Shown here: positions 1 to 9,559 of the stretch, piece after piece
Numbering within the stretch: position 1 is the stretch's first letter
Layout of the letters: each line of letters opens with the position of its first letter
Assembly: GCF_000299365.1 (NCBI RefSeq)
Contig: NC_018655.1
Span: 660,001-692,000, forward strand
Reading direction: 5' to 3'
From: Candidatus Nitrosopumilus koreensis AR1
GTDB lineage: Archaea; Thermoproteota; Nitrososphaeria; Nitrososphaerales; Nitrosopumilaceae
Length of the DNA stretch: 32,000 nucleotides
Notes under the pieces: generated by a model
Seen by the model: only the letters and a program-made list of their open reading frames with translations
Databases searched by the model: none
What the model was told of the DNA's origin: nothing
Translations under genes and position numbers: made by a program

Positions 1-231
1 AGGTGATAAAACTGAGTGAGACCCTCTATCCTCCATTTTTAAAATGGGGGCAGTACACATCTCAAGACTCTGAGAATCCTGACACCATAGAGCTCAAGGT
101 TGCTGAAACCAATACCTTTGAGACAGAATTCTCAATCAATGTACTAGCATTGATTAAAGAAAAAAGACATGGAAAGAATACAACGTTAAACTGAAAAACC
201 ATGATTCAGCAAATGCTTCTTTCCTAAACCA

Positions 232-492
232 GTGGAACAGGATTGCAAAGTCACTTCACAAAGGAGACATACTGGTTCTCAAGACGTGGCTTGGAACATC
301 AAAGAATGGAAGAAAAATCAGGAGGTACAGTCTAGAGAAACTCTAGACTCTCCTTTTTTTGACAATAGTGATGGTATTATGGCAGAAGACAAAGATAAAC
401 TTTTGAAACAGTTAGACGCACTCAAGATTTTTCCAAACAACAAACTAGTAAGAGAATTAAAGAATCAAATTAAAACAAAATTAAAAAATTAG
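232..492 (+). CDS. small hypothetical protein of accessory module; real start may be the internal ATG in MAEDKDKLLKQ...
   Basis: Open frame upstream of the polymerase; Lys-rich C-terminus; no recognised domain. Confidence 0.4.
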   Translation: MEQDCKVTSQRRHTGSQDVAWNIKEWKKNQEVQSRETLDSPFFDNSDGIMAEDKDKLLKQLDALKIFPNNKLVRELKNQIKTKLKN

Positions 493-673
493 AAATTACA
501 AAACCCATTCCACCAAAGAAAAATCCAAACCTTACACGCTCAAACAAACTAAAGCGATATCACAACTACATCAGGCAAATCAGAAACAACTTTCCAAATC
601 TAAAATACAACCAGATAAGAAAACAGTTTGCAAAACGAAAGCGTGGCGATGACGTATCAATTCCTGATGCAGT

Positions 674-2458
674 ATGGCAGAATCCGTCCCCGTAACTGAC
701 TGCAAGAATCTGAGAAGAGTATTTACAAAAAAGCCTCAGAACAGAGATCCTGCAACATCGCACAAGAGAAGAGTCTATGCAATTGATACAGAAACCTATA
801 ACGGCAACATCTTTCTGATTGCCGACTCTGATGGGAGATTCTTGGATAAAATCACGCCAAAATCATGCCTAGACTGGCTGTTTTGCAGAAAATATGAGGG
901 TTCGTGGTGCTTTTTTTATCATCTCGGGTATGATGCAGAAGTAATTCTGAAACTTTTAGGCTCTGAACTATTCAAGTACAAAAATACTGGAAGACTGAAA
1001 TTCTCCTTTGAAAATTACACCATAGAGTATCATCCAAACAAGTGTCTGAAAATATCAAAGGGACATCACTCTGTGATATTTTATGACATTGCGCAATTCT
1101 ATCATGCAAAACTATCTGATGCATATCAAAACAATATCAGAAAACTACCTAAAGAGTATCTTGACATAAAGTCAAAAAGGAGTCAGTTCTCAATTACATT
1201 TTACAAAAGAAACACAAGAAAAATCAGAGATTACTGCATCACAGACTGCAAACTGACAAAAGAGTTGGCAGAGCACTGGATAAAATTATTCCATGATGCA
1301 TTTGGATTCTATCCTGCAAGATGGGTATCCTCTGGATATCTGGCAGAAAAAGTCTTGATCAACAACGGAATCAATTTCCCAAAGTTTGATGATGTTCCAT
1401 ATGATGTTCAGGAGATGGCGTTTTCATGTTACTATGGAGGACGATTTGAAATTACAAAGCGTGGATTTATTGGAACTGCTTACAAGTATGATATCAACTC
1501 TGCATATCCCCATTCCCTGACAAAGATTCCTGACCTGACCAAAGGACGATGGATTAAAAGAAAGTCAATTCACAAAGATGCAAAACTTGGATTCTTTAGG
1601 ATTATTGCAGACATTCCAGACTGCAAGTATATTCCACCGTTTCCGTTTCGTACCAATGGAATTATTATTTTTCCTAGTGGAAAGTTTGAAACGTATGTTA
1701 CATTACATGAACTAAAAGTTGCAGATTCAAAACATTACAAAATTTTGGATTCATATCAGTTCATTCCAAACGGCAAGCCAGTCTATCCTTTTGAGAAATT
1801 TGTTCATTCAATGTATGATAAAAGACTGGAACTAAAGAAAGACGGAAACCCATTGCAGTTGCCAATCAAGATAATTCTCAATTCAATCTATGGAAAGACT
1901 GGTCAGAAAGTCAATAGAATAATGGGAAATCTGTTCAATCCTGTGATTTTTGCAAGTATTACAGGCATGACTCGTGCCTGCCTGTATGACTTTGTGATGC
2001 AAAATGATATTGAAAATGACGTGGTGTCTTTTGCAACTGATTCAGTATGCACTACCATTCCATTAGATATTGATTCAGAAAGATTAGGAGAATTCTCACT
2101 AGAAGAAAAAGCCGATGATGTGTTTGTATTGCAGAACGGATTCTATCGATTTAACGGAAAGTGGAAACAAAGAGGGATTGGAAAACTAGGTTCTAAGGAG
2201 ATTGAGCATCTTGATACTTTTGAGAAAGATGGAAAACTGTACTATCGGTTCAAGGTATTGAGAAGTTCAAGATTAAGATCCTCAATATTGCAGGATTGCA
2301 TTCCACAGATTGGAAAGATTAGAGAGTATGTGAGGGAAGTTAATTTGAATGCAGATAGAAAAAGACTTTGGCTAAATCAAATTCAATCTGTTGATTCTAG
2401 AACAAAAAATGATTCTGTACCTATATCATTAAGTCATTTTTATAAAGAGACAATTTAG
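674..2458 (+). CDS. Family B DNA polymerase, viral/organellar (protein-primed-like) type
   Basis: Exo I YAIDTET, Exo II-like FYHLGYDAEVILK, Exo III-like YCITDCKLT; motif A YDINSAYPHSL; motif B KIILNSIYGKTG; motif C-like FATDSV; WKQRG near C-term. Confidence 0.9.
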   Translation: MAESVPVTDCKNLRRVFTKKPQNRDPATSHKRRVYAIDTETYNGNIFLIADSDGRFLDKITPKSCLDWLFCRKYEGSWCFFYHLGYDAEVILKLLGSELFKYKNTGRLKFSFENYTIEYHPNKCLKISKGHHSVIFYDIAQFYHAKLSDAYQNNIRKLPKEYLDIKSKRSQFSITFYKRNTRKIRDYCITDCKLTKELAEHWIKLFHDAFGFYPARWVSSGYLAEKVLINNGINFPKFDDVPYDVQEMAFSCYYGGRFEITKRGFIGTAYKYDINSAYPHSLTKIPDLTKGRWIKRKSIHKDAKLGFFRIIADIPDCKYIPPFPFRTNGIIIFPSGKFETYVTLHELKVADSKHYKILDSYQFIPNGKPVYPFEKFVHSMYDKRLELKKDGNPLQLPIKIILNSIYGKTGQKVNRIMGNLFNPVIFASITGMTRACLYDFVMQNDIENDVVSFATDSVCTTIPLDIDSERLGEFSLEEKADDVFVLQNGFYRFNGKWKQRGIGKLGSKEIEHLDTFEKDGKLYYRFKVLRSSRLRSSILQDCIPQIGKIREYVREVNLNADRKRLWLNQIQSVDSRTKNDSVPISLSHFYKETI

Positions 2459-2474
2459 TAGATCTTCATAACAT

Positions 2475-3419
2475 ATGATTGAAATTCCTGACGATGTTGA
2501 AAAATGGACTAGAGGAAAAGTAATAGATTTAGTTGATGAGGGATACGATGAGAACGACATATTAGAATTTAAAAAAGAAGTAAATTCTGATAGTGAACGA
2601 TTATCAAAAACAGCATGTGCATTTGCAAATACAAATGGTGGTACAATTATTTTTGGAATTGATAATGATCGTGAAAAAGCATTACATGTTGATCAGAGAG
2701 TTGTAGGTTTAGAAGACTCAGATCAATTAAAAAGAAACATAATTGATAAAATAAAAAACATTCAACCCAGTATTCCTATCAAAAATCTTATTTTTAGAAA
2801 AACGAATATCAAATTACCAAATAAAAGAGTAATTGTTGTTTTGAAAATAGCATCATCCAATAACAAACCTCATCAATACAAACACATCTTTTACAAAAGA
2901 TTGTCTGATGGGAATGAACCTATGGATGTTACTGAAGTTAAACAACTAATGCTAGAATCAGTTAAACAAACACATCACGAAGTTCTGATGATCTTGGAAC
3001 TTAGTTATGTAAAAGAAGCACTAGAAAATACAAAAAAATCATTTATGGAAAATAAAAATTCTTTAGGCAGTCTGGATTATCTTGACATTACATCAACAAT
3101 TCATTTCCAACATCATTTGGCATATGGATATCCGACAGACTTGCCTGTGACATTAATTGAATTGATTCATGAAATTACACGACTTTCTAACCTTCCAAAC
3201 TCTTTTGCTTCAACACTAAATGGTAAACCTCCAAAATTCATAATCGATGATGCAAAAAGTGAAAATTTTTCCGACCCTAAAGAATTTGTCAAAGGGTTGA
3301 TTTTAACACGAATTAATACTGCACTTGAGTGTCTTGAAAAAATATCTCTTATTTTAGAACGAGATTATGTAGAAACTGAATTTATTCATCCTATTCAAAA
3401 TATGCAAGACAAATCCTAA
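2475..3419 (+). CDS. Schlafen/AlbA_2 domain putative DNA-binding protein
   Basis: EFKKEVN...LSKTACAFANTNGGTIIFGIDNDREKALHVDQRVVG is typical of the AlbA_2/Schlafen core; starts 16 bp after polB stop. Confidence 0.85.
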   Translation: MIEIPDDVEKWTRGKVIDLVDEGYDENDILEFKKEVNSDSERLSKTACAFANTNGGTIIFGIDNDREKALHVDQRVVGLEDSDQLKRNIIDKIKNIQPSIPIKNLIFRKTNIKLPNKRVIVVLKIASSNNKPHQYKHIFYKRLSDGNEPMDVTEVKQLMLESVKQTHHEVLMILELSYVKEALENTKKSFMENKNSLGSLDYLDITSTIHFQHHLAYGYPTDLPVTLIELIHEITRLSNLPNSFASTLNGKPPKFIIDDAKSENFSDPKEFVKGLILTRINTALECLEKISLILERDYVETEFIHPIQNMQDKS

Positions 3420-3472
3420 CTTCCATCATTCTCTAGTCATAACGAAAAACAGCAGTGAATTAGGAACGGAAT

Positions 3473-3577
3473 GGGGGGATTCTATTTTTATTGATAAAGA
3501 GTAAAAAGGCAGTCCCCCCTCCTTACGTACGAAAACATGCGTTGTACTATAGCGAAACGACGGTGTGATTTGTTGGG
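3473..3577 (+). repeat. Dispersed hairpin element copy A (loop inverted relative to B and C)
   Basis: GGGGGGA...TTTTTATTGATAAAGAGTAAAAAGGCAGTCCCCCC ... TTTGTTGG; arms GGGGGGA 3473-3479 / TCCCCCC 3513-3519. Confidence 0.7.
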
Positions 3578-3687
3578 ATTTGTTTATTTTAGAATTGTAT
3601 GGAATTTTAAAAGAAAACGAATTCGAATCATAGTGTAGAAAGATATTGAAAATAATTGTTATGCTATTGATCTAAAAGGCTTACTGA

Positions 3688-4164
3688 TCAGAAGTATGGA
3701 TCGAGGTATGTTTTTTTCGTATCTTTATCAATTACCAGTGCTTTTTTATTTTTAGGTATTGGTACAAAATGCCAATTCACAGATACTGTTTTCTCTCCCA
3801 CCAATCCCAATAATTTCCATAGTTTGTTTGATAATTGAATTCCACTTTTGTCTGTAGTTATATTTTTTAGATCTTTTCCACATTCGGCTTGGGGTCTCTG
3901 TTTCTCTCTCCAGTAGGCATCATCAAATTTATCATCCCATCCCCCGCCATTCCAAGGACCAATATGACCGATTGGCACTATTGCACTTGAAGGAAATGAC
4001 AAAGTAGTTAACTGAATCCATTTTCCTTTCATGTTTGCTGCTGGCAATCCTGCAAAAACACTCTCTGCCATACTGTAGCCGTATGCAGATTTTGATAGTT
4101 TTTTTGGAATTATTGATGCAAAAATATTAGCATTCAAATTATATCTCAGGTTTTTGATATTCAT
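3688..4164 (-). CDS. Hypothetical protein, possible double-psi beta-barrel-like domain
   Basis: VPIGHIGPWNGGGWDDKFDDAYW...RP...GIQLSNKLWKLLGLVGEKTVSVNWHFV resembles DPBB/RlpA-like patterns; weak family call. Confidence 0.45.
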   Translation of the reverse strand: MNIKNLRYNLNANIFASIIPKKLSKSAYGYSMAESVFAGLPAANMKGKWIQLTTLSFPSSAIVPIGHIGPWNGGGWDDKFDDAYWREKQRPQAECGKDLKNITTDKSGIQLSNKLWKLLGLVGEKTVSVNWHFVPIPKNKKALVIDKDTKKTYLDPYF

Positions 4165-4311
4165 TACACTATTAACATGCGTGCAAAAGATATTAGTGTT
4201 GATTAGAACGTGTAGGATGCAATGTCATGATTTTAACAACGTAGTTTTTGCGCGATTATATCTATAGACAAATACAATAACATCAAAACATTTGCTAAAT
4301 GTCGACATATT

Positions 4312-4352
4312 TGTACATTGTATTTACATAATCATCAGTTTCGCTTAATATG
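4312..4352 (+). promoter_or_regulatory. Shared upstream box copy P1 (upstream of ferredoxin)
   Basis: TTTGTACATTGTATTTACATAATCATCAGTTTCGCTTAAT; matches P4 TTTGTATGTCTTGTTTACATAAACATCAGTTTCACTTAA. Confidence 0.65.
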
Positions 4353-4372
4353 ATACGGTTCACTATTACATC

Positions 4373-4909
4373 ATGCCAATAGCAGAAAACTTTCCAGAAG
4401 GTCTGAAACCAATTGGAAAAATAAAACATGCTGACGGTGAAAACTTTCATCATGTTTGGGGCCCTGGCAGATCAAATGCAGAAGCATTCAAAGATGACAA
4501 GGTAAAAGCTGCTTATGCAAAGAGAGATGAAAAACAGGTTCCATTGGGGATAAGTGGCACAATGGTTGCAGTTGACTGGGACTCTTGTGTTGCAGATGGT
4601 GCATGTATAGAGTCATGTCCTGTCCAAGTATTCCAGTGGTATAGGACTGAAAAAGACACTCCTGCAATAGATGCAATCAATGAAACCTTTGAAGGAACTG
4701 GCAGTTCTGAGAAAGATGAAAGAAAGGACTATACCGACAAGGCAGACCCAATTCGAGAACACGATTGTATATGGTGCATGGCATGCGTTTCTGTTTGTCC
4801 TCCACAGGCAATCAAAGTTGAGCAGGGCAATCTGGAGTTTCATGAAAAGGAAGCTGGAACTTTTGTAAAGATGGAATCAGGTTCTGCAAATCCACATGCG
4901 CATGCTTGA
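4373..4909 (+). CDS. Zinc-containing (Sulfolobus-type) ferredoxin
   Basis: CVADGACIESCPVQVFQW and CIWCMACVSVCPPQAI cluster motifs with His-containing N-terminal extension. Confidence 0.9.
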   Translation: MPIAENFPEGLKPIGKIKHADGENFHHVWGPGRSNAEAFKDDKVKAAYAKRDEKQVPLGISGTMVAVDWDSCVADGACIESCPVQVFQWYRTEKDTPAIDAINETFEGTGSSEKDERKDYTDKADPIREHDCIWCMACVSVCPPQAIKVEQGNLEFHEKEAGTFVKMESGSANPHAHA

Positions 4910-5155
4910 TTTTATTCTAAATCTTCACTTAAACATAGATTCTCATCCATAACTATGATTCTAAGACTTCTTTTAGTTTAACATATTCTTCAGGAGAAAT
5001 TTTGCCTTTTGCCAATCTTTTCTTTAGGGTTACAAGAAGGGCTTTGCCTTTTTATCTGCAAAAATAGAAATTCCATAGAATTATGCGTAAAGTTCCGAGT
5101 GTATAGTGCTTAAGATTCTAAATATTACTTCAATTAGATATTGAATAATGCCTTT

Positions 5156-5548
5156 TTATTTTGATGAATGCCCATCAGAGAGAATTATGCATACAAACAT
5201 TCCTTTGCCTGATATTGCCTGAGCGCTGTGAGTTAGGCCTTTTGGGATGAATATGGTACAGGGAGATGTCACAGTGTATGTCTCATCTTCTAGATCTATT
5301 TTGTACTTTAGCTTAGAGTCTTCAGACAAGATCAAGTTAATCTCATCATTGTCATGTTTGTGAGGGATGCTGTATTCTGGTAGTTTTTTTTCAGCATCAA
5401 CAAAATGTACTGCAATATGCGTATCTGATTGCGGAATCATTTTTTTGCTTAGCATTGAGAGTCGTTTTATTGGTGCTTTTTTATGAAAGGGGACTTTATG
5501 TAATGGCTCATTTACTCCTTTTTTAATTAAATTCCGATACTTTCTCAC
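5156..5548 (-). CDS. Cupin domain protein
   Basis: PHKHDNDEINLILSEDS...IFIPKGLTHSAQAI cupin motifs. Confidence 0.7.
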   Translation of the reverse strand: MRKYRNLIKKGVNEPLHKVPFHKKAPIKRLSMLSKKMIPQSDTHIAVHFVDAEKKLPEYSIPHKHDNDEINLILSEDSKLKYKIDLEDETYTVTSPCTIFIPKGLTHSAQAISGKGMFVCIILSDGHSSK

Positions 5549-5628
5549 AGTACTACATTGGATTTTCTATTAAATAACTAGACCTGTTTAGATGAATATT
5601 ATATGCTATTACTATACTACTAGTATTA

Positions 5629-6321
5629 TTGCAATCAGATAGAACCTCTGAATGGTTTGTTCCAAAGTTTGGTCCAAAAAACTTTCGCCGCAGTGTTGGA
5701 ATTTTGTTTTTACCATACACTGCAATCGTTACATGTTTTGCAGTACTAGGTGCAACCTCTGGCAGTTTAGATGTTGGACGAATTGTTGCAATTAGCATAA
5801 TCTATTTTCTGGCACTTGGAGTCAGTGCACATCTACTTGATGCAATAGGTGGAAAGACAAAGCCTTGGGGAGATCTTCCAAAGAGGAAATTATGGAGTAT
5901 CTCCATGATTTCATTAGGTGCTGCATTTTCAATTGGGCTGTACTTTGCATTCTTGGATTCACCCTTGCTTTTTCCAATAGGAATTGCAGAGGGATTCTTT
6001 TTGTTTGCATATAATCTAGAATGGTTTGGTGGAAAATTTCACAACAAGATTACAACCATAATTTCATGGGGAATCCTGCCCGTATTTGCAGGCTCTGCCA
6101 TCCAAACAAACTCAATCACGCTTGAGACAGTGGCAATATCAGGCATTACTGCATTAATCACATATGTGCTAATTAGAAACACCAGGCCCTACAAGATACT
6201 AAAGCAAAACAACGGAGACCAGCAAGAGATTAGACGCAGAGAACTATTTTTGAAGATACTGCCACTGGGAGTAATTATTGGAACAATTTTGTTTTTTATT
6301 GTAAAATATTATGTGATTTAA
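5629..6321 (+). CDS. Integral membrane protein, possibly UbiA-like
   Basis: Multiple hydrophobic segments; SAHLLDAIGGKTKPWGDLPKRKLW; convergent with UbiE-like gene. Confidence 0.55.
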   Translation: MQSDRTSEWFVPKFGPKNFRRSVGILFLPYTAIVTCFAVLGATSGSLDVGRIVAISIIYFLALGVSAHLLDAIGGKTKPWGDLPKRKLWSISMISLGAAFSIGLYFAFLDSPLLFPIGIAEGFFLFAYNLEWFGGKFHNKITTIISWGILPVFAGSAIQTNSITLETVAISGITALITYVLIRNTRPYKILKQNNGDQQEIRRRELFLKILPLGVIIGTILFFIVKYYVI

Positions 6322-6325
6322 GATT

Positions 6326-7003
6326 TCAAATCATTTTTGCAAAAATAATTGATGATGTGTGCCAGGTCATATCATGTCTTGATACGATAAAGTTATTTTT
6401 CTCCAGAGTTTCTGTATAGTCATCAACCCATCTGCTTTCTCGGATTAGATTTGGCAGTTCTTTAAAGGCAAACTTCCAAGAGGGAACAAAGTTTCCTGCA
6501 AACAATAAAATCTCAAAGTAGGCATTCCACAAGTTTTGCAATAATCTGTTTTGTGGAAAAATAAAATCATGCAGTATTATGGTGCCCTTTGGATTCAGAT
6601 GTGAAATGCATTTTTGAATTAAGGTTTTGGGATCACAGTATTTTGGAATGTATGATGAACAGATGCAGTCAAACTTTTCTTTTAGGTCCAACTCTTCTGC
6701 ATCTTGATAAACAAATGAGATGTTTTCAAATCCTGTGGAGTTTTGTTTTGCGATTTGCAGATATGTCTGAGATATGTCTACCCCGGTTATTTTTGCGTGT
6801 GGAAATTTTTGGGCAATCATCCTAGTCAGGATTCCCGTACCACATGCAAGATCTAAAACAGAGTCAGCACTTGGAATATTTTGAATTATCTTGTCTTTCC
6901 AGTACTTGTCTTGTCCAAACGTTGCCCAATTTGCTATTTTATCATAGGTTTTTGCAGTGTCATTAAAAAAGCGCGGAACAAGATTTCTTGGATTTTGGTT
7001 CAC
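6326..7003 (-). CDS. Class I SAM-dependent methyltransferase (UbiE/COQ5-like)
   Basis: Motif I VLDLACGTGILTRMIA, ITGVDIS, CDPKTLIQKCISHLNPKGTIILHDF. Confidence 0.85.
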   Translation of the reverse strand: MNQNPRNLVPRFFNDTAKTYDKIANWATFGQDKYWKDKIIQNIPSADSVLDLACGTGILTRMIAQKFPHAKITGVDISQTYLQIAKQNSTGFENISFVYQDAEELDLKEKFDCICSSYIPKYCDPKTLIQKCISHLNPKGTIILHDFIFPQNRLLQNLWNAYFEILLFAGNFVPSWKFAFKELPNLIRESRWVDDYTETLEKNNFIVSRHDMTWHTSSIIFAKMI

Positions 7004-7037
7004 TATTGGATTAACACTTCAAATAATTTAAAGAAAT

Positions 7038-7247
7038 TTAAGAAAACTCGTACATTCTTAGCATTATTTCAAAGACTACATAGTATGCAGCATAAAACGC
7101 CAAAAGAACCACTCCAATCAGTAGGCAATTTTTTGCCTTTGAAGGGTCATCTTTTCGTAAGATAAAGTAAGCAATCAGTGCACCAGGCATGCTAAAGAAT
7201 AGCGGTAGGACATACCAAAATAAACTGCGTTCTTTTCTCTCAGACAT
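7038..7247 (-). CDS. Small membrane protein
   Basis: Two predicted TM segments, basic N-terminus. Confidence 0.55.
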   Translation of the reverse strand: MSERKERSLFWYVLPLFFSMPGALIAYFILRKDDPSKAKNCLLIGVVLLAFYAAYYVVFEIMLRMYEFS

Positions 7248-7301
7248 GTCTTAAGAATATCTTTTGTAGCATTTAATCTAAAAATCAAAAATTAGTAATA
7301 G

Positions 7302-7403
7302 GTGAGCTTTGCCTTTTACTCTTTGTCGATAAAAAGGCAATCCCCCCTTTTAGGTTCAAGAATCTGCGGCCTACTAAAACAAGACGAAAGTATGATTTGT
7401 TGG
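7302..7403 (+). repeat. Dispersed hairpin element copy B
   Basis: GCTTTGCCTTTTACTCTTTGTCGATAAAAAGGCAATCCCCCC ... ATTTGTTGG; stem 7311-7317/7332-7338. Confidence 0.75.
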
Positions 7404-7547
7404 AAAGGGCTTATTTTCTAGAATCTTAGTGTTAAATCATGAAAGATTCTGAAAAACATCATTGCTATTCCATCCATATTATTATGTTCAACCACAATTA
7501 GATTTTGAGGGATATGAATTTGTGCATGGTTTTATATCAGAATTTGA

Positions 7548-8702
7548 CTATTTTGACTTTGTTTTTACTGATTTTTTGTTATCCGACTTTGAATTGTTTG
7601 TATTTTTTTCGTTATTTGATGGTCCAGTTCTATCTGGTTTGCCAGGATCGTCTGGCTTTCCTACTTTGATGTCTGGCTTTCCAAGAGTTTCTGGCATTCC
7701 CCTTGTGTATTCACTTGCATGAGGCGAATCTCCATCATCTGGCTGTATCTGTGTTTCTTCACTTTTTTCTACGATTGATTCTGAGTCTTCTAGTGGGGCT
7801 CCCAATGCTTCTTCAAGTGTATATCCTTTCATTTCTTTGAGAATATCATCTACAAGAACTTTGATTATTGGATCATCTAATAATGCTCCAAATCCGCCCT
7901 CGTTTCCTTCTTGCATAGCAGATATCTTTCTTAATTCTAACATTCTTTGCATTTTTTCTTTGAGTTTCACAAGTTTTTCTTTTAATTTTTCATCATGTAC
8001 CTGATTTAATGAACGCTCAATTGCAGGAATTACAAGATTCCATTCTTTTGACTTTGCAATTTCTTGTAGTGCTTCTTTGTGAAGGTCTTTGTCTAGTCTG
8101 TTTTGTCCTTGTTGCGCATTTCTTATTGCAATCTCATTAATCAGTTTCTGATATTTCTCTTCAGGTCCTTTTCTATCTAAATAATCTTGGATTTTCAACT
8201 TTTTGTTTTTAACTTCTTCTTGTTTTGATTCATTTATCTCAAAGTTCATTTTTTGCTTAGTTATTTTTGCTACTAGTTTTTTTTCTTGAATTAAAAGTCC
8301 AGACTCTCTTTCATGTTCTCGAATAGAATCAATATGGGTTTCTAGCGTTTTGATATATTCTTTTTTTAATGTATCAATATTTGTTTTGAATGGAAATAAT
8401 GAAATATCTTCCATTTTATTTAATTCTAATAGAGAATCCTTGATTTGCATAAATTGAAATACATTGCCTGATAAAGTTATTTCATTGATATTTTCTGGTA
8501 AATTCTGCAAATGAGTTATTTGTAATTCTATGTTTTGTATCTTTTTTCCAATTTTTTCATGTGATTCACCATATGTTTCAGGTATGGCAGCAATTCCTAT
8601 CAAAATTACTCCTAATGCACTCAATAAGAATAACTCTTTTTTATGTAAACAATGAGGGTCTGATTCTATCGAATTCACTTCAAATATGTTATTACATGTC
8701 AA
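7548..8702 (-). CDS. Exported coiled-coil hypothetical protein with Gly/Pro/Asp-rich C-terminal tail
   Basis: Hydrophobic leader LFLLSALGVILIGIAAIPETYG, long Lys/Glu helical region, tail PGKPDRTGPSNNEKN; likely TTG start overlapping upstream TGA. Confidence 0.6.
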   Translation of the reverse strand: MTCNNIFEVNSIESDPHCLHKKELFLLSALGVILIGIAAIPETYGESHEKIGKKIQNIELQITHLQNLPENINEITLSGNVFQFMQIKDSLLELNKMEDISLFPFKTNIDTLKKEYIKTLETHIDSIREHERESGLLIQEKKLVAKITKQKMNFEINESKQEEVKNKKLKIQDYLDRKGPEEKYQKLINEIAIRNAQQGQNRLDKDLHKEALQEIAKSKEWNLVIPAIERSLNQVHDEKLKEKLVKLKEKMQRMLELRKISAMQEGNEGGFGALLDDPIIKVLVDDILKEMKGYTLEEALGAPLEDSESIVEKSEETQIQPDDGDSPHASEYTRGMPETLGKPDIKVGKPDDPGKPDRTGPSNNEKNTNNSKSDNKKSVKTKSK

Positions 8703-8920
8703 GTAATTGGAGAGCCTCCATCATATGGGGCAGACCGTGAAAGATCAATTTGATCATCTGTAACTACTTTGATAGAAAAGTTGCTAAGTGTATTTGGAGC
8801 AGTTACTGCACTTGCTTCTGAAGACATTGAAAAAACATTAGCTATTGAAATAATAGATGATGCCAAAAATTTTGTTTGTAAGATGTTCCATATACTTTTA
8901 CAATTATAAATTTGAGTCAA
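8699..8920 (-). pseudogene. Truncated secreted fibronectin type III-like fragment
   Basis: TDDQIDLSRSAPYDGGSPIT* matches the start of an fn3 domain (usual pattern QIDLSW.AP.D.GGSPITGY.I) and stops there; conserved Trp is Arg (CGG). Confidence 0.55.
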
Positions 8921-9074
8921 CTTGTTTTAATTCGGAAAAATAGTAATTAAGAAAGGCTGACATGTTAGTTAGTATAGCATACATGTTTGTTAGCGTAATT
9001 TACAAATTTTGGAATATTGTATCTAGAGGGCTATTGACAACTATTATTTATAAAATAAAATTTTGCAATTAAGG

Positions 9075-9177
9075 AAGGGGGCTTTGCCTTTTTACTCTTT
9101 ATCAATAAAAGGCACTATTCTCTTTTTACGAAAAGTTAGCAATAGCCTAAATCATAATGGGTGTGCGGTTTGTTGGA
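9075..9177 (+). repeat. Dispersed hairpin element copy C
   Basis: GGGGGCTTTGCCTTTTTACTCTTTATCAATAAAAGGC ... GTTTGTTGG; stem 9086-9092/9107-9113. Confidence 0.75.
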
Positions 9178-9212
9178 AAATCGTTATAATGATAGTATGA
9201 ATTTGTGAAATA

Positions 9213-9524
9213 TTGGGTTCAAAAACAACAATTGGAATTAGTTTGGCAACTGTATTTTTTGGCGTAATTGCATTAATCTGGTTTACTGGATACAGTTCTG
9301 ACCATATTGAAAATGCAAATAGAAACTTGATGACAGCTCATGAAGAATTGAATAGAATTGTTGATGAGGCAATCATTCATTGTCAAACTGACGGTACTGG
9401 ATGTGATACAATAATGCCTCAGTGGTTAGAAGAATGCAAAAAACCTGAGATGGAAAAAATTGCATCTTGTCATGATGGCCGAATCGAGCAACTAGTTCAA
9501 CAACCCATTACCATGACAAAATAA
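9213..9524 (+). CDS. Small membrane-anchored hypothetical protein
   Basis: N-terminal TM then soluble Cys-containing domain. Confidence 0.6.
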   Translation: MGSKTTIGISLATVFFGVIALIWFTGYSSDHIENANRNLMTAHEELNRIVDEAIIHCQTDGTGCDTIMPQWLEECKKPEMEKIASCHDGRIEQLVQQPITMTK

Positions 9525-9559
9525 TGCTCTTTGATTTAACCTTGATCGTATTTACCAAA

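Noticed and set aside
7462-7722. Plus-strand ORF FHPYYYVQPQLDFEGYEF...
   Set aside because: Antisense to the 384-aa exported protein C-terminus; low-complexity region.
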